DNA from: an uncultured Thermoleophilia bacterium
GTDB taxonomy: Bacteria > Actinomycetota > Thermoleophilia > Gaiellales > Gaiellaceae
Direction of reading: 5' to 3'
Assembly: GCA_963757255.1 (NCBI GenBank)
Contig: CAVWQY010000004.1
Location: 172,897 to 236,896, forward strand
Length of the DNA: 64,000 nucleotides
In this document: one piece after another, positions 1 through 11,759 of the stretch
Layout of the letters: the number at the start of each line of letters is the position of its first letter
Numbering within the stretch: position 1 is the stretch's first letter
The notes under the pieces: generated by a model
The model's database searches: none
The model's input: the letters and a program-made list of their open reading frames with translations, nothing else
What the model was told of the DNA's origin: nothing
Program-made: the position numbers and the translations under genes

Positions 1-34
1 GGCTGATCGACAACGTCCTCCTGAAAGGAACACC

Positions 35-935
35 ATGAGCACCCGCCCGCGCCATCCCGCGCCCTCCACGCCGGCGCCCGGAAAGCTCTCACTGCCCGAG
101 CTCCGAGCCATGAAGGCGCGCGGGGACAAGATCGTGATGATCACCGCCTACGACGCGCCTGCGGCTCGGATCGCCGACGACGCCGGCGTCGAGTTGATCC
201 TCGTCGGCGACAGCGCAGCGATGGTCATGCTCGGACATGACGTCGACCGTGCCGGTGACGCTCGACGAGATGATCTTCCTGACGCGCGCGGTGACCCGCG
301 CGGCCCGCCATCCGCTGGTCGTCGGCGACCTGCCGTTCGGCACCTACGAGGTGTCCGACGAGCAGGCCGTTACGAGCGCGATCCGGATGGTCAAGGAAGG
401 CGGCGCGGACGTCGTGAAGCTCGAGGGCGCCGGCCGGATGATCTCGAGCGTGCAGGCGATCGCCGACTCCAACATCGGCGTCATGGCCCACATCGGCCTG
501 ACGCCGCAGTCGGCGACGAAGCTCGGCGGCTTCAAGGCGCAGGGTCGCACCGCGACCGCCGCCAAGCAGCTCTATGACGACGCGCTCGCCCTCCAGGAGG
601 CGGGTGCGTTCGCGATCGTGCTCGAGGCGGTCCCCGCCGCCGTGGCCGCGCGCGTGTCGGATGCGCTCGAGATTCCGACGATCGGGATCGGCGCGGGCGT
701 CGACTGCGACGGGCAGGTGCTCGTGTGGCACGACCTGCTCGGGATGTACGCGGGCCACACGCCGCGGTTCGTGAAGCAGTACGCCGAGCTTGCCTCGACG
801 ATCGGCGAAGCGATCGGGCGTTACGCCGCCGAGGTGCGCGAAGGAGCGTTCCCCGAGGAACAGCACACGTATTCGATCCCGGCCGACGAGCTCGCGAGCT
901 TCGAAGAGGAGATCGCTGAAGCGCGCGCTCTCTAA
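35..935 (+). pseudogene. panB: 3-methyl-2-oxobutanoate hydroxymethyltransferase PanB, frame broken by one extra base near 242
   Basis: The N-terminal part ([38 protein letters not shown]) is in the frame of ATG 35. The rest ([33 protein letters not shown]) is in the frame of ORF 237..935. Junction reads cat gac [g] tcg acc. SD-like gaaagga lies upstream of ATG 35. Confidence 0.9.
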
Positions 936-1546
936 GCCGAGCCGAGCACGAGACCCACGACGACGGGTGCGATCAGCGCGAGCCCGCACGCGGCAGCTGA
1001 GCGAGCCCAGGTCCAGCCGTGCACGGCTCGCACGCCGACCACGAGGAGGATCACCGCCCAGGCGACGAACGCCAGCTCGATTGCGGCGAACGCGTCCGCG
1101 CCGGCTCCGGTGTCGCTGCCGCCGGTGCGGAAGAGATCGGCGCCGTAGACCGCGAGCTTGACCGGCCAGACGACGAGCGAGAGCACGATCGGGACCGCCG
1201 CGAAGGCAAGCACATGGCGAGCACGCCTGTAGGAGCCTTGCGACCCGAGGGCCTTGCCGCTGCCGTACAGCAGCGCGCCGAATGCGAAGTAGCCGAAGCC
1301 GCCGTAGAGGCTGCCCGCGATGAACGTCCAGACGGCGACGAGCAGCCAGTCGTAGCCGTCGGGCGGGTCCATCAGCCGTCCGGCGGTGGCCGTCGACAGC
1401 ACGCCGGCGATGCCGGCCAGCAGCACGATCGCAAGCACCGGCTCGGCGCGGTCGGCGAGCGATTCCTTCGAGTCGTCGCGCAGGGCGACGAACACCGGAC
1501 GCGGCCGTTGCAGGACGAGGAAGGTGCGCAGCCACCAGTCGCGCAT
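932..1546 (-). CDS. Yip1-domain-like polytopic membrane protein
   Basis: C-terminal 204 codons of ORF 932..1837, starting at [12 protein letters not shown]. Several hydrophobic segments. The ATG overlaps the upstream stop (ATGA). Confidence 0.6.
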   Translation of the reverse strand: MRDWWLRTFLVLQRPRPVFVALRDDSKESLADRAEPVLAIVLLAGIAGVLSTATAGRLMDPPDGYDWLLVAVWTFIAGSLYGGFGYFAFGALLYGSGKALGSQGSYRRARHVLAFAAVPIVLSLVVWPVKLAVYGADLFRTGGSDTGAGADAFAAIELAFVAWAVILLVVGVRAVHGWTWARSAAACGLALIAPVVVGLVLGSA

Positions 1547-1752
1547 CAGCCGGTGGTGACGATCTGCCCGTTGTGGCAGCGGTACGCCGTCTGGCCGAGC
1601 AGGGCCGGCTGCTGTGCGACCGGAGGCTTGCGGTCGGAGCAGATCGTGTGATGCCGGTTCTTCCAGGCAGCGCCCATGCCCGCGATGAATACCACCAGGC
1701 AGGCGGCGCCGATCGCCAGCAGCACGGAGCGCTTGCTCGGGCGGCGGCTCAC
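1546..1752 (-). CDS. small membrane protein (68 aa), hypothetical
   Basis: GTG start overlaps the uvrA stop (GTGA), and its stop overlaps the next ATG (ATGA). One TM segment ([20 protein letters not shown]) and two Cys. High GC3. Confidence 0.45.
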   Translation of the reverse strand: MSRRPSKRSVLLAIGAACLVVFIAGMGAAWKNRHHTICSDRKPPVAQQPALLGQTAYRCHNGQIVTTG

Positions 1753-4602
1753 GCGGCGACGGCGCGGCGCCTGCCGGGCGCGCGCTCGAGCAGCGGCCGC
1801 AGGAAGGCGCCGGTGTAGGACGCATCGATCTGCGCAACGTCCTCCGGCGTGCCGACGGCGACGATCTCGCCGCCGTCCTCGCCGCCCTCGGGACCGAGGT
1901 CGACGAGCCAGTCCGCCTGCTTGATCACGTCGAGATTGTGCTCGATCACGAGCATCGTGTTGCCGCCGTCGACCAGCCGCTGCAACGTCTCGAGCAGCTT
2001 CTCGATGTCGGCGAAGTGCAGGCCGGTGGTCGGCTCGTCGAGGATGTACAGCGTCCGGCCCGTGGAGACCTTGCACAGCTCGGACGCGAGCTTCACACGC
2101 TGCGCCTCGCCCCCGGAGAGCGTGGTCGCCGGCTGGCCGAGCGTCATGTAGTCGAGCCCGACGTCGTGCAGCGTCTGCAGGCGCCGGCGCACCTTCGGGA
2201 TCTTCGCGAAGAACTTCAGCGCCTCCTCGACCGACATCTCGAGCACGTCGGCGATCGTCTTGCCCTTGAACCGCACCTCGAGCGTCTCGCGGTTGTAGCG
2301 CTTGCCCTTGCAGGTCTCGCACGGGACGTAGACGTCGGGCAGGAAGTGCATCTCGATCTTGATCTGGCCGTCGCCCTTGCACGTCTCGCAGCGGCCGCCC
2401 TTGACGTTGAAGGAGAAGCGACCGGGCTTGTACCCGCGCACCTTCGAGTCCGGCGTCAGGGAGTAGAGCTCGCGGATGTGCGTGAAGAGGTCGGTGTACG
2501 TCGCCGGGTTCGAGCGCGGCGTGCGCCCGATCGGGCGCTGGTCGATCTCGATCACCTTGTCGAACACCTCGATGCCCTCGACGCTCGTGTGGGCGCCCGG
2601 GCGCACCCGCGACCGCGACAACTGGTTCGCGAGCGCCTTGTAGACGATCTCGTTCACGAGCGTCGACTTGCCCGAGCCGGAGACGCCGGTGACGGCGATG
2701 AACTTGCCCACCGGGAACTCGACGTCGATCCCCTTCAGGTTGTGCTCGGCCGCGCCGCGGATCGTGAACCAGCCGTTGTCGTCCCTCCGGCGCTCGGGCG
2801 TCGCGATGCTGCGCGTGCCGGAGAGGAACTGCCCGGTCACCGATTTCTTGTTGCGCATCACCTTCGCCGCGGTGCCTTCGGCGACGACGTGGCCGCCGTG
2901 CTCACCGGCGCCCGGCCCCATGTCGACGAGCCAGTCGGAGTTGCGCATCATCTGCTCGTCGTGCTCGACGACGACGACCGTGTTGCCGAGGTCGCGCAGA
3001 CGCTCGAGCGTGCCGATCAGCTTGTTGTTGTCGCGCTGGTGCAGGCCGATCGACGGCTCGTCGAGGATGTAGAGCACGCCGACGAGCTGGCTGCCGATCT
3101 GCGTCGCGAGCCGCAGGCGCTGGGCCTCGCCGCCCGACAGCGTCGCGCTCGCGCGGTCGAGGTTGAGGTAGCCGACACCCACGTCGTGCAGGAAGGTGAG
3201 CCGCTCGCGGATCTCCTTCACGATGCGGTGCCCGATCAGCTCCTCGGTCTCGGTGAGGCCGAGCTGCGCCAGGAACGCGAGCGCCCGCGTGACCGACAGC
3301 CGCGTGAACTCGTGGATGTTCTTCTCGCCTACCGTGACCGCGAGCACCTCGGGCTTCAGGCGCGCTCCCTTGCAGACCGGGCACGCGCGGAACGACATGT
3401 ACTCCTCGATCCGCTCGCGCTGCGAGCTCGAGTCGGTCTCGCGGTAGCGCCGTTCGAGCGACTTGACGATTCCCTCGAAGTCGACCATGTACGAGCGGCG
3501 GCGGCCCATCCGGTTGCGGTACTGGACGTAGACCTTGTCGCCGCCCGTCCCGTAGAGGAAGGACGCCTGCTGCTCGGCCGTCAGCTCCTGCCAGGGCAGG
3601 TCGGTGGGGATCTCGTAGCGGTCGGCGATCGCTGCGATCACCGACTCGTAGAAGCCCGAGCCGCCGACCGCCCACGGGACGAGCGCGCCGTCGTCGATCG
3701 AGAGCGACGGGTCGGGCACGAGGAGGTCGGGGTCGATCTCCTGCTGCGCGCCGAGGCCGGTGCAGCGCGGGCAGGCGCCGTGCGGCGAGTTGAACGAGAA
3801 GATGCGCGGCTGGAGCTCCGGCAGCGAGACGCCGTGCTCCGGGCACGCGAAGTTCTGGCTGAAGGTCCGGCTCTCGCCCGTGTCGACGAGATCGACGACG
3901 AGCAGCCCCTCCGCGAGCTGCAGCGGCGGTCTCGACCGACTGCGTCAGCCGCGTGCGGATGTCCTCCTTCATCACGAGGCGATCGACGACGACCTCGATC
4001 GTGTGCTTGAACTTCTTGTCGAGGATCGGCGGCTCGTCGAGGGAGTGCTGCTCGCCGTCGACCTTCACACGCGAGAAGCCCTCGTTGCGCAGCTCCTCGA
4101 AGCGGTCCTTGAACTCGCCCTTGCGGTCGCGAACGATCGGGCCGTTGATCGTGAACCGCGTGCCGTCCGGCAGCGCGAGGATCTGCTCGACGATCGAGTC
4201 GATCGACTGGCCGGAGATCGGCCGGCCGCAGACCGGGCAATGCGGCCGCCCCACCCGCGCGTACAGGAGCCGGAGGTAGTCGTAGATCTCGGTGACCGTC
4301 CCCACGGTGGAACGGGGGTTCCGCGACGTCGTCTTCTGGTCGATCGAGATCGCCGGGCTGAGGCCGTCGATCGAGTCGACGTCCGGCTTCTCCATCATCT
4401 GCAGGAACTGGCGCGCATACGCGGAGAGCGACTCGACGTAGCGACGCTGGCCCTCGGCGTAGATCGTGTCGAAGGCAAGGCTCGATTTCCCGGACCCCGA
4501 GAGGCCCGTGATGCAGATCAGGGCGTTCCGCGGCAGCCGGACGGTGATGTCCTTGAGATTGTGCTCCCGGGCGCCGTGGACGATGAGCTCGTCGGCCGCC
4601 AT
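1749..4602 (-). pseudogene. uvrA: excinuclease ABC subunit A (UvrA), frame broken by one extra base near 3924
   Basis: N-terminal 226 codons from ATG 4602 ([53 protein letters not shown]) run to ..RLTQSVETA. The protein continues in another frame as [29 protein letters not shown] and on to the stop at 1749. Repaired length is about 950 aa. Confidence 0.93.
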
Positions 4603-4696
4603 TCCGGGCCATTGTATCGACCGAACACGTGTTCGTACAGGGGGTCGGGGACGGTTCCCCTGATTGAAGGACGGCGGCCGCGGGCACACGCGTCGA

Positions 4697-5752
4697 ATGC
4701 CGTCGACCGCCCGCCGTGCCGCCGTCGCGACTCTCGTCGCGGGCGGCATCATCGTCCTTGCACTCGCCCTGTGGAAGCTTCGGCTCGTCCTCGCGCTCCT
4801 CTTCTTCGCGTTGATCATCGCCGCGGCGATGCGCCCGGGGATCGAACGGCTCAAGCGCCGAGGCGTGCCACGTGGCGCCGGCCTCGCTCTCCACTACCTG
4901 GCCGTGCTCGCGGTGATCGCGGTCGGCCTCACGCTCGCCGTTCCGCGCGCCCTCGACCAGGTCAACCGTGCCCTCAGCCCGAGCGGGAAGGCGCAGATCG
5001 CGCGCCAGGCAGAGCACTCCACCGGGATCAAGCACGAGGTGCTGGCCGCGGTCCAGAAGCGGCTGACCCACCTGCCGACGAAGACGAAACTCGTGAAACC
5101 CGTCGAGCAGATCGGGGTTCGGGCGTTCGAGGTGATCATCGGGATCTTCTTCACGTTCGCCGCCGCGGCGTACTGGATCTTCGAGCGCGACAAGGCGATC
5201 GACCTCGTCTGCTCCCTGCTGCCGAGGCCGCGCCGCAAGCTGGTGCGCGACACCTGGGACCTCATCGACGCCAAGCTCGGCGCGTTCGTGCGCGGGCAGG
5301 TGCTGCTGATCCTGCTCATCGGAACGACGCTCTCGCTGCTGCTCTGGGCGGTCGGAGAGCCCTACTGGATCCTCGTCGGGATCTTCGCCGGCCTCGTCGA
5401 GGTGATTCCCGTGATCGGCCCGCTGGCCGCCGCCGGCCTGGCGATCGCCGTCGGCTTCACGGCCTCGGTCCATGTCGCGCTGCTCGCAGCAGCGTGCGTC
5501 GTCGCCGTGCGCATCTCCGAGGACTACCTCGTGATGCCCCGGATCCTCGGCGACGCGGTGGGGCTGTCGCCGCTGCTCGTGCTGACCTCCGTGACGATGA
5601 TGGGGATTCTCTTCAGTGGCTGGGCGGTGCTGTTCGCTGTGCCGCTCGCCGCGGTCCTCGTGACACTCTTCGATGTGATCCTGCGCGACATCGATCCCGC
5701 CGAGGAGGAGGTCCCCACGGTGATCTTCTCCGCGCGCGAGTCGGAGGCCTAG
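4697..5752 (+). CDS. AI-2E family (PerM/UPF0118) transporter
   Basis: ORF 4664..5752. Polytopic membrane protein with the family-typical C-terminal half ([29 protein letters not shown]). ATG at 4697 is preferred over TTG at 4664. Confidence 0.75.
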   Translation: MPSTARRAAVATLVAGGIIVLALALWKLRLVLALLFFALIIAAAMRPGIERLKRRGVPRGAGLALHYLAVLAVIAVGLTLAVPRALDQVNRALSPSGKAQIARQAEHSTGIKHEVLAAVQKRLTHLPTKTKLVKPVEQIGVRAFEVIIGIFFTFAAAAYWIFERDKAIDLVCSLLPRPRRKLVRDTWDLIDAKLGAFVRGQVLLILLIGTTLSLLLWAVGEPYWILVGIFAGLVEVIPVIGPLAAAGLAIAVGFTASVHVALLAAACVVAVRISEDYLVMPRILGDAVGLSPLLVLTSVTMMGILFSGWAVLFAVPLAAVLVTLFDVILRDIDPAEEEVPTVIFSARESEA

Positions 5753-5759
5753 CGGCCCT

Positions 5760-6002
5760 CTACGCCTTGCGCCAGCGGCCGAACACGAGGCCGCCGAGCG
5801 TGAAGCCGAGACCGAAGGTCCCCACCGCAAAGCCGCTGATCGCGATGCCCTTGCGCCACGCGGACAGGCGCTGCCAGCGGCTGAGCACCTCGCGCTCCTC
5901 GTCCGTCAAAGGCTCGCCACGGCGCTGCTTGCGCATGGCGCCGCCCGCGCGCAGCCCGAGGTACAGGTCGTCGAAGATCTCAGTCGACGGTTCGTCGGCC
6001 AT
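5760..6002 (-). CDS. small membrane protein, hypothetical
   Basis: ORF 5760..6044. Probable start at MADEPST (6002). C-terminal TM segment GIAISGFAVGTFGLGFTLGGLVFG. Confidence 0.45.
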   Translation of the reverse strand: MADEPSTEIFDDLYLGLRAGGAMRKQRRGEPLTDEEREVLSRWQRLSAWRKGIAISGFAVGTFGLGFTLGGLVFGRWRKA

Positions 6003-6030
6003 CTCGGTCACTGTATAGCCTGCTTCGCCG

Positions 6031-6843
6031 GTGAATATGCGCATCCTGCACGTCTCGGACCTCCACTACGGCGCCCGGGACGACCCGGTTCTCGACCGTG
6101 CGCTGACCGGGCTCGTGGAGCGCGTCGCGCCGGAACTCGTGATTGCGAGCGGCGATCTGACCCATCGCGGGCAGCCTGCGCAGCACGAGCTGGCCGCGGG
6201 TTTCCTGCGCCGATTCGGGCTGCCGGTGCTCGCCGTGCCCGGCAATCACGACATCCCATACACGTTCCCGGCCCGTTTCACCGCACCCTGGCGCGAGTTC
6301 GAACGTCAGTGGCAAACGACAGAGCCGACGTACTCGAGCCCCGGCGCGCAGGTCGTCGGCCTCAACTCGGTTCGACCCTGGCGGCACCAGTCGGGGGGCG
6401 TGAGCGACGCGCAGCTCGAGCGCGCGGTCGCCGAGCTCGGGCAGGGGGCTCCGGGCGCGCTCCGGGTCGTCGCGCTTCACCACCAGCTGATCAACGCGCC
6501 GTGGCGAACGCGCAAGAAGCCGCTCGCCCGGCGGGCGCACGTCCTCGCGCGGCTCGTCAGCGCGGGGGCGGAGCTGATCGTCGGCGGCCACATCCACCAG
6601 GGGGCGATCTCGGAGCGGCACGAGTTCGAAGTGCTCGAGGCCGACGCCCGTGGGGTCGTGCTCTCGATCGCGCCCGGCCTGGGGCAGCCTCGCCCGCACC
6701 GACTCGGCGAGGCGCGCGGCTGCGTCGCCTACATCGCGGACGAACGGGCGCTGCGCGTCGAGACGTACATCTGGCACGGCGCCGACTGGGAGCTCACGGG
6801 CGAGCGAACGTTTCCCCGCAGACCCGAGGTTGGTGGTGTCTGA
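6031..6843 (+). CDS. metallophosphoesterase (calcineurin-like)
   Basis: Motifs ILHVSDLHYG, GDLTHRG and VPGNHD. Confidence 0.85.
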   Translation: MNMRILHVSDLHYGARDDPVLDRALTGLVERVAPELVIASGDLTHRGQPAQHELAAGFLRRFGLPVLAVPGNHDIPYTFPARFTAPWREFERQWQTTEPTYSSPGAQVVGLNSVRPWRHQSGGVSDAQLERAVAELGQGAPGALRVVALHHQLINAPWRTRKKPLARRAHVLARLVSAGAELIVGGHIHQGAISERHEFEVLEADARGVVLSIAPGLGQPRPHRLGEARGCVAYIADERALRVETYIWHGADWELTGERTFPRRPEVGGV

Positions 6844-6903
6844 CACCCGCCCAAGCTGCGAGACCGCACTGATACTCGAAAGGTGTCAGACACCGACCAC
6901 CAA
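6830..6903. repeat. twin 13-bp palindromes forming a long interrupted inverted repeat
   Basis: GGTGTCTGACACC at 6835-6847, with the phosphoesterase TGA stop at its centre, and GGTGTCAGACACC at 6882-6894. Flanks ttggt and accaa extend the pairing if a 4-nt bulge is allowed. Confidence 0.7.
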
Positions 6904-6909
6904 TCGGTC

Positions 6910-7383
6910 TCAGCGCTCGTCGAGCGCGGCCTTCTTGGCGGCCAGCTCGTCGTCGTCGAGGAGGCCCGCGCGGTGGAGCTCCGTGAGCATCGCTTCGAGG
7001 CGCGCCTGCTCGAGCTTCTTCGGCACGGGCGCGAGCGCATTCGGGTCCACGCCGAGCTTCTGGAGCCGCTTCCGCTGCTGCTCGACGCCGAACCCCCGCT
7101 CCGGGAACGTCAGTGCTCCGGGCCCGAAGATCGGGCGCTTCTGCACGAACTGGCGATAGCCGGCGACGAGCACGATCGCCACGCCGAACGACAGGAACGA
7201 GACCACGTATCCGTTGCCGTTCGAGATCTCCTTGCCGACGACACCGCCGATGATCGAGCCCGTGAGGCCGATCGCGACGGTCAGCCAGATCGGCATCGGA
7301 TCCGGCCCGGGAATCGCGAGACGCGCGAGCGCACCGGTGAAGAACCCGGAGAAGAGGATCGCGAGGACGAGGCCGAGGCTCAA
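6910..7383 (-). CDS. GlsB/YeaQ/YmgE-family membrane protein with C-terminal SHOCT-like domain
   Basis: TTG start overlaps the uvrB stop. The N-terminal part has TM segments ([40 protein letters not shown]). The C-terminus is [25 protein letters not shown]. Confidence 0.6.
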   Translation of the reverse strand: MSLGLVLAILFSGFFTGALARLAIPGPDPMPIWLTVAIGLTGSIIGGVVGKEISNGNGYVVSFLSFGVAIVLVAGYRQFVQKRPIFGPGALTFPERGFGVEQQRKRLQKLGVDPNALAPVPKKLEQARLEAMLTELHRAGLLDDDELAAKKAALDER

Positions 7384-9389
7384 ACGGTCGCCCCGGAAGC
7401 GACGGCGACGAGGTCGCGCCGCAGCGCCTTGATCTCGTCGCGCAGCTTCGCGGCGTACTCGAAGCGCAGCTCCTCGGCGGCCTGGAACATCTCCTCCTCG
7501 AGCTCGATCACGAGCTTCTCGAGATCCTCGCGCGACAGGCCCTCGACCTTCGCGCCGCCGCGCCGGCGCCGCGACGGGACGTGTGGCTGCTCGAGCGCGA
7601 GGAACTCGGCGATGTCGGAGACGCCCTTCATGATCGAGAGCGGCGACGTCCCGTGCTCCTCGTTGTACGCGAGCTGCGTCGTCCGCCGGCGATCGGTCTC
7701 CTCGAGCGCTCCCTTGATCGCCTCGGTCATCTTGTCGGCGTACATCAGCACGCGGCCGTTGACGTGACGAGCGGCTCGGCCGATCGTCTGGATCAGCGCG
7801 GTCTTGCCTCGCAGGAAGCCCTCCTTGTCGGCGTCGAGAATCGCGACGAGTGACACCTCGGGCAGATCGAGCCCCTCGCGGAGCAGGTTGACGCCGACGA
7901 GCACGTCGTACTCGCCGAGCCGGAGCTCGCGGATGATCTGGATCCGCTCGAGCGTGTCGATCTCCGAGTGCAGATAACGCGTCTTGACGCCCGCTTCGAG
8001 CAGATAGTCGGTGAGGTCCTCCGCCATCTTCTTCGTCAGCGTCGTCACGAGCGTTCGCTCGCCCTTCTCCTCGCGGTGGCGGATCTCGTTCAGGAGGTCG
8101 TCGATCTGGTTCTTCGTCGGGCGCAGGTCGATCTCCGGGTCGACGAGGTAGGTCGGGCGAATCAGCTGCTCGCTCACCTGCGTCGAGTGGCGCAGCTCCC
8201 ACGGCCCGGGGGTTGCCGAGACGAACACCATCTGCGGCACCTTCTCCAGGAACTCGTCGAAGCGCAACGGGCGGTTGTCGAGCGCGCTCGGCAGCCGGAA
8301 GCCGAAGTCCACGAGCGTCTGCTTGCGCGAGCGGTCGCCCTCGTACATGCCGCCGATCTGCGGAACGGTCTGGTGCGACTCGTCGACGAACACGACGTAG
8401 TCGGACGGGAAGTAGTCGAGCAGCGTGTGCGGGGCCGAGCCGGGCGGACGGCCGTCGAGGATGCGCGAGTAGTTCTCGATGCCGTTGCAGAAGCCGAGCT
8501 CCTGCATCATCTCCAGGTCGTACTCGCTGCGCTGCCGGATCCGGTGCGCCTCGAGCATCATCCCTTTCGACTCGAACAGCTTCACCTGCTCCTCGAGCTC
8601 GTGGCGGATCTCGACCGCGGCACGCTCGATCGTCGGCTTCGACGTGACGTACTGCGTGGCCGGGAACACGGTGATGTTCTCGAGCTTCGACAGCACCTCA
8701 CCCGTCAGGGGATCGAAATGCGTGATCTGCTCGACGAGATCGCCGAAGAACGAGACGCGATACGCCGTCTCCGAGTGGGCGGGCTGGATCTCGATTACGT
8801 CGCCCTTCACGCGGAACCGCCCGCGCCCGAGGAGCGTGTCGTTGCGCGAGTACTGGATGTCCACGAGCTTCCGCAGGACGAGGTCGCGATCAGTCTCTTC
8901 GTCGACGTTCAGGAAGACGACGCGCTTCTCGTACTCCTCCGGCGAGCCGAGGCCATAGATGCACGAGACCGACGCGACGATGATGGTGTCGCGGCGCGAG
9001 AGGAGGCTCGCGGTTGCGGCATGGCGCAGCCGGTCGATGTCGTCGTTCCGCGAGCTGTCCTTCTCGATGTAGAGGTCGGCCTGCGGGACGTACGCCTCCG
9101 GCTGGTAGTAGTCGTAGTACGAGACGAAGTACTCGACGGCGTTGCCCGGGAAGAACTCCCGGAACTCGTTGCAGAGCTGCGCCGCAAGGGTCTTGTTGTG
9201 GGCGATCACGAGCGCCGGCCGCTGGATCTGCTCGATGATCCACGCCATCGTCGCGGTCTTCCCCGTGCCCGTGGCCCCGAGCAGGGTCTGGTACTGCTCG
9301 CCCGCGCGCAGCCCGTCGGCGAGCGCGGCAATCGCCCCGGGCTGGTCGCCGGTCGGGACGTACGATGCGGAAGTCTTCAGAGGCGGCAC
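7380..9389 (-). CDS. uvrB: excinuclease ABC subunit B
   Basis: 669 aa, intact. Motifs [26 protein letters not shown] and C-terminal UVR domain ([15 protein letters not shown]). Confidence 0.97.
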   Translation of the reverse strand: MPPLKTSASYVPTGDQPGAIAALADGLRAGEQYQTLLGATGTGKTATMAWIIEQIQRPALVIAHNKTLAAQLCNEFREFFPGNAVEYFVSYYDYYQPEAYVPQADLYIEKDSSRNDDIDRLRHAATASLLSRRDTIIVASVSCIYGLGSPEEYEKRVVFLNVDEETDRDLVLRKLVDIQYSRNDTLLGRGRFRVKGDVIEIQPAHSETAYRVSFFGDLVEQITHFDPLTGEVLSKLENITVFPATQYVTSKPTIERAAVEIRHELEEQVKLFESKGMMLEAHRIRQRSEYDLEMMQELGFCNGIENYSRILDGRPPGSAPHTLLDYFPSDYVVFVDESHQTVPQIGGMYEGDRSRKQTLVDFGFRLPSALDNRPLRFDEFLEKVPQMVFVSATPGPWELRHSTQVSEQLIRPTYLVDPEIDLRPTKNQIDDLLNEIRHREEKGERTLVTTLTKKMAEDLTDYLLEAGVKTRYLHSEIDTLERIQIIRELRLGEYDVLVGVNLLREGLDLPEVSLVAILDADKEGFLRGKTALIQTIGRAARHVNGRVLMYADKMTEAIKGALEETDRRRTTQLAYNEEHGTSPLSIMKGVSDIAEFLALEQPHVPSRRRRGGAKVEGLSREDLEKLVIELEEEMFQAAEELRFEYAAKLRDEIKALRRDLVAVASGATV

Positions 9390-9455
9390 CGGAGGCCCCA
9401 GGGTATCCCGCGGTGAACGAGCGAGGCCGTCTGCGGTCGCGGCTACCCTCCGGAC

Positions 9456-11336
9456 TTGCGTCGCCTGGGCCTCCTCGTCGTGGCGTCATTCGCCTTCGCC
9501 GCCCCGGCGCAGGCCGCGACCCTGACGGTCACGCCGAGCGACTACTCGCCGCTCCGGTCGACGTTGACCATCTCCGCGCAGCTGACCGTGCCACGCCGCG
9601 CCGGCGTGCGGCTCGTCACACCGGGCGGGCGACCGATCGGCTGGATCGTCGCGCCGGCATCGCGGTCGACCCTTGCGAGCGGCTGGAACGGCCGAATCGA
9701 CGGCAAGCGGGTCCCCGACGGCACCTACGTCGTGCGGCTGGTCTACGGGTCGGCGATCCTCGCAACCGCCCCACTCCGGATCGACACCCACCCACCCCAG
9801 CTTCTCGACCTGCACGCGGACAACGGCTCCACGCCGTTCGCGGGAGACACGGCGCTCTTGACGACCGTGAGCCCGGACGACGACGGGTTCCGTGACCAGG
9901 CGAACGTCTCGTTCCGGTTGAACGAGCCGGCCACGGTGACGATGGAGGTCACGCGAACGGTCAAGGTCCCGAACGTCGCCTACACGTTGAACGGGAAGTT
10001 CGATCGCGGCGTGCACACGATGTCGTGGTCACCGGCGACGACCACGAATCCTCGGACGTTCCTGATCCGACTGACGTCCGTCGACGGCGCGGGCAACAAG
10101 ATCGTCTACGGAGCGTCGAACGCATTCGTGGGCCGTGTGCCCCGGGGACCGGTCGTGCGCGTGCAGGGGATCGACGCCGGCTTCACGAAGCCGAGCTATC
10201 TGCCCGGCGACGTCGCGTACCTCCACGTGGCGACGGACGAGCCGTCGCTCACGCTGCGAGTCTTCCATTCAGGGCCCGAGCAGGTGGTCACCTACGCCGA
10301 CAATCAGTTCGCCGGGATCGAGGTCGACCCGCAGCCGATCGCCCTCGACTGGAAGGCGTGGCAGAGCAAGCCGCATACGATCGGGCTCTCCGTGCCCGAT
10401 CTCGTGAGCGGCCTGTACTACGTGCAGCTCTCCGGTGACGACGGTCGCGTCGGCTATGCCCCGTTCGTGATCCGCCCGGCCGTCCTCGGAGCGACGAGCC
10501 GCATTCTCGTCGTCCTTCCGACAAACACCTGGCAGGCCTACAACTTCCAGGACGTGAACGGCGACGGGTACGGCGACACGTGGTACGCCGGACCGCCGAA
10601 CGGGACGGTCGACCTCGGCCGCACCTACATCGCGCGCGGGGTGCCGCCGCGCTTCTACCGCTACGACCTGCCGTTCCTGCACTGGCTCTACTGGTCAGGC
10701 AAGAGCGCCGAGTTCATCTCCGACTCGGACTTCGACGCGATCGGAGCCGGCGACGACCTCGCACAGGCCTACGACCTGATCGTCTTCGAAGGCCACGAGG
10801 AATACGTGACGTCACACGAGTACGACATCGTCGCGCGCTTCCGCGACCTCGGCGGCAACCTGATGTTCCTCTCGGCCAACAACTTCTTCTGGAAGGTCGA
10901 CCAGCAGGGGCAGGTGCTGCGCAAGATCGGCGAGTGGCGCGACGCCGGCCGGGCCGAGGCAGGGCTGATCGGCGTCGAGTACCGCGCCAACGACGGCGGC
11001 CAGAAGCAGGGCGTGTTCACCGTGCAGTCGGCGACCACTGCACCCTGGCTCTGGGCCGGCACGGGCCTGATCGACGGATCGACGTTCGGCCAGGTCGTCG
11101 GCGGCTACGGGATCGAGATCGACTCGACGACGGCCGACTCGCCTCCGGGAACGCTGGTCCTTGCTCAGATCCCCGACCTGCTAGGGCCAGGGATCACCGC
11201 GCAGATGTCCTACTACGAGACGGTGGGCGGGGCAAAGGTCTTCGCCGCCGGAGCGCTCGACTTCGGCGGCTCGGCGACCTTCTGGCCGATGAAGCACATG
11301 CTCGACAACCTTTGGCTGCGGCTCTCGCAGCCTTAG
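9456..11336 (+). CDS. secreted protein with N-terminal FlgD-Ig-like repeats and C-terminal N,N-dimethylformamidase-beta-subunit-like domain
   Basis: Signal peptide [21 protein letters not shown]-terminal half carries [25 protein letters not shown] and [11 protein letters not shown]. The domain assignment is from memory of the family. Confidence 0.7.
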   Translation: MRRLGLLVVASFAFAAPAQAATLTVTPSDYSPLRSTLTISAQLTVPRRAGVRLVTPGGRPIGWIVAPASRSTLASGWNGRIDGKRVPDGTYVVRLVYGSAILATAPLRIDTHPPQLLDLHADNGSTPFAGDTALLTTVSPDDDGFRDQANVSFRLNEPATVTMEVTRTVKVPNVAYTLNGKFDRGVHTMSWSPATTTNPRTFLIRLTSVDGAGNKIVYGASNAFVGRVPRGPVVRVQGIDAGFTKPSYLPGDVAYLHVATDEPSLTLRVFHSGPEQVVTYADNQFAGIEVDPQPIALDWKAWQSKPHTIGLSVPDLVSGLYYVQLSGDDGRVGYAPFVIRPAVLGATSRILVVLPTNTWQAYNFQDVNGDGYGDTWYAGPPNGTVDLGRTYIARGVPPRFYRYDLPFLHWLYWSGKSAEFISDSDFDAIGAGDDLAQAYDLIVFEGHEEYVTSHEYDIVARFRDLGGNLMFLSANNFFWKVDQQGQVLRKIGEWRDAGRAEAGLIGVEYRANDGGQKQGVFTVQSATTAPWLWAGTGLIDGSTFGQVVGGYGIEIDSTTADSPPGTLVLAQIPDLLGPGITAQMSYYETVGGAKVFAAGALDFGGSATFWPMKHMLDNLWLRLSQP

Positions 11337-11344
11337 GCGCGCGC

Positions 11345-11719
11345 CTAGTCGCCCCAGTCGAAGTCGCGCGAGCGCGACCAGAGGTTCTCGTCCGACGGCT
11401 GCTCCGAGTCGTCGGCCACCGGCGCGGCGGCTTCCTGCGTCTCCTCGGAGACCGGCAGGGGCGCCTGAGGCTCGTCGATGAAGGTGTCTTCCGTGCTTGG
11501 CCAGTCGAGCGACGTCTCCTCCGCTTCGATCCCGGGAACGCCGTCCATCGTCTCCTCGATCCGCGCCTGCTCTTCGGTCTTGAAGAGCGGGTGGTTCTCG
11601 AACGGGTCGTCCGACATGTACTTCCCGAGAGGCAGCTCGTGCTCGAGCGCCGCATTTCGGCGCTTCAACTCGAGGTGCTCCTGGATCACTTGCGCGAACG
11701 GGGACGTGTCTACAGTCAT
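11345..11719 (-). CDS. acidic hypothetical protein (124 aa)
   Basis: ATG 11719 is preceded by GCAGGAGGA. The C-terminal half is rich in Asp and Glu. Confidence 0.55.
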   Translation of the reverse strand: MTVDTSPFAQVIQEHLELKRRNAALEHELPLGKYMSDDPFENHPLFKTEEQARIEETMDGVPGIEAEETSLDWPSTEDTFIDEPQAPLPVSEETQEAAAPVADDSEQPSDENLWSRSRDFDWGD

Positions 11720-11759
11720 GAAATCCTCCTGCTCTGAAGCCATTCTCCCGGCCCTCAGT

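Noticed and set aside
1938-6018. Several ORFs of 650-750 aa on both strands (1938..4010, 3760..6018, 3638..5830, 2902..4854)
   Set aside because: They are shadow ORFs of uvrA and the AI-2E transporter gene. Only the UvrA-homologous parts are meaningful.
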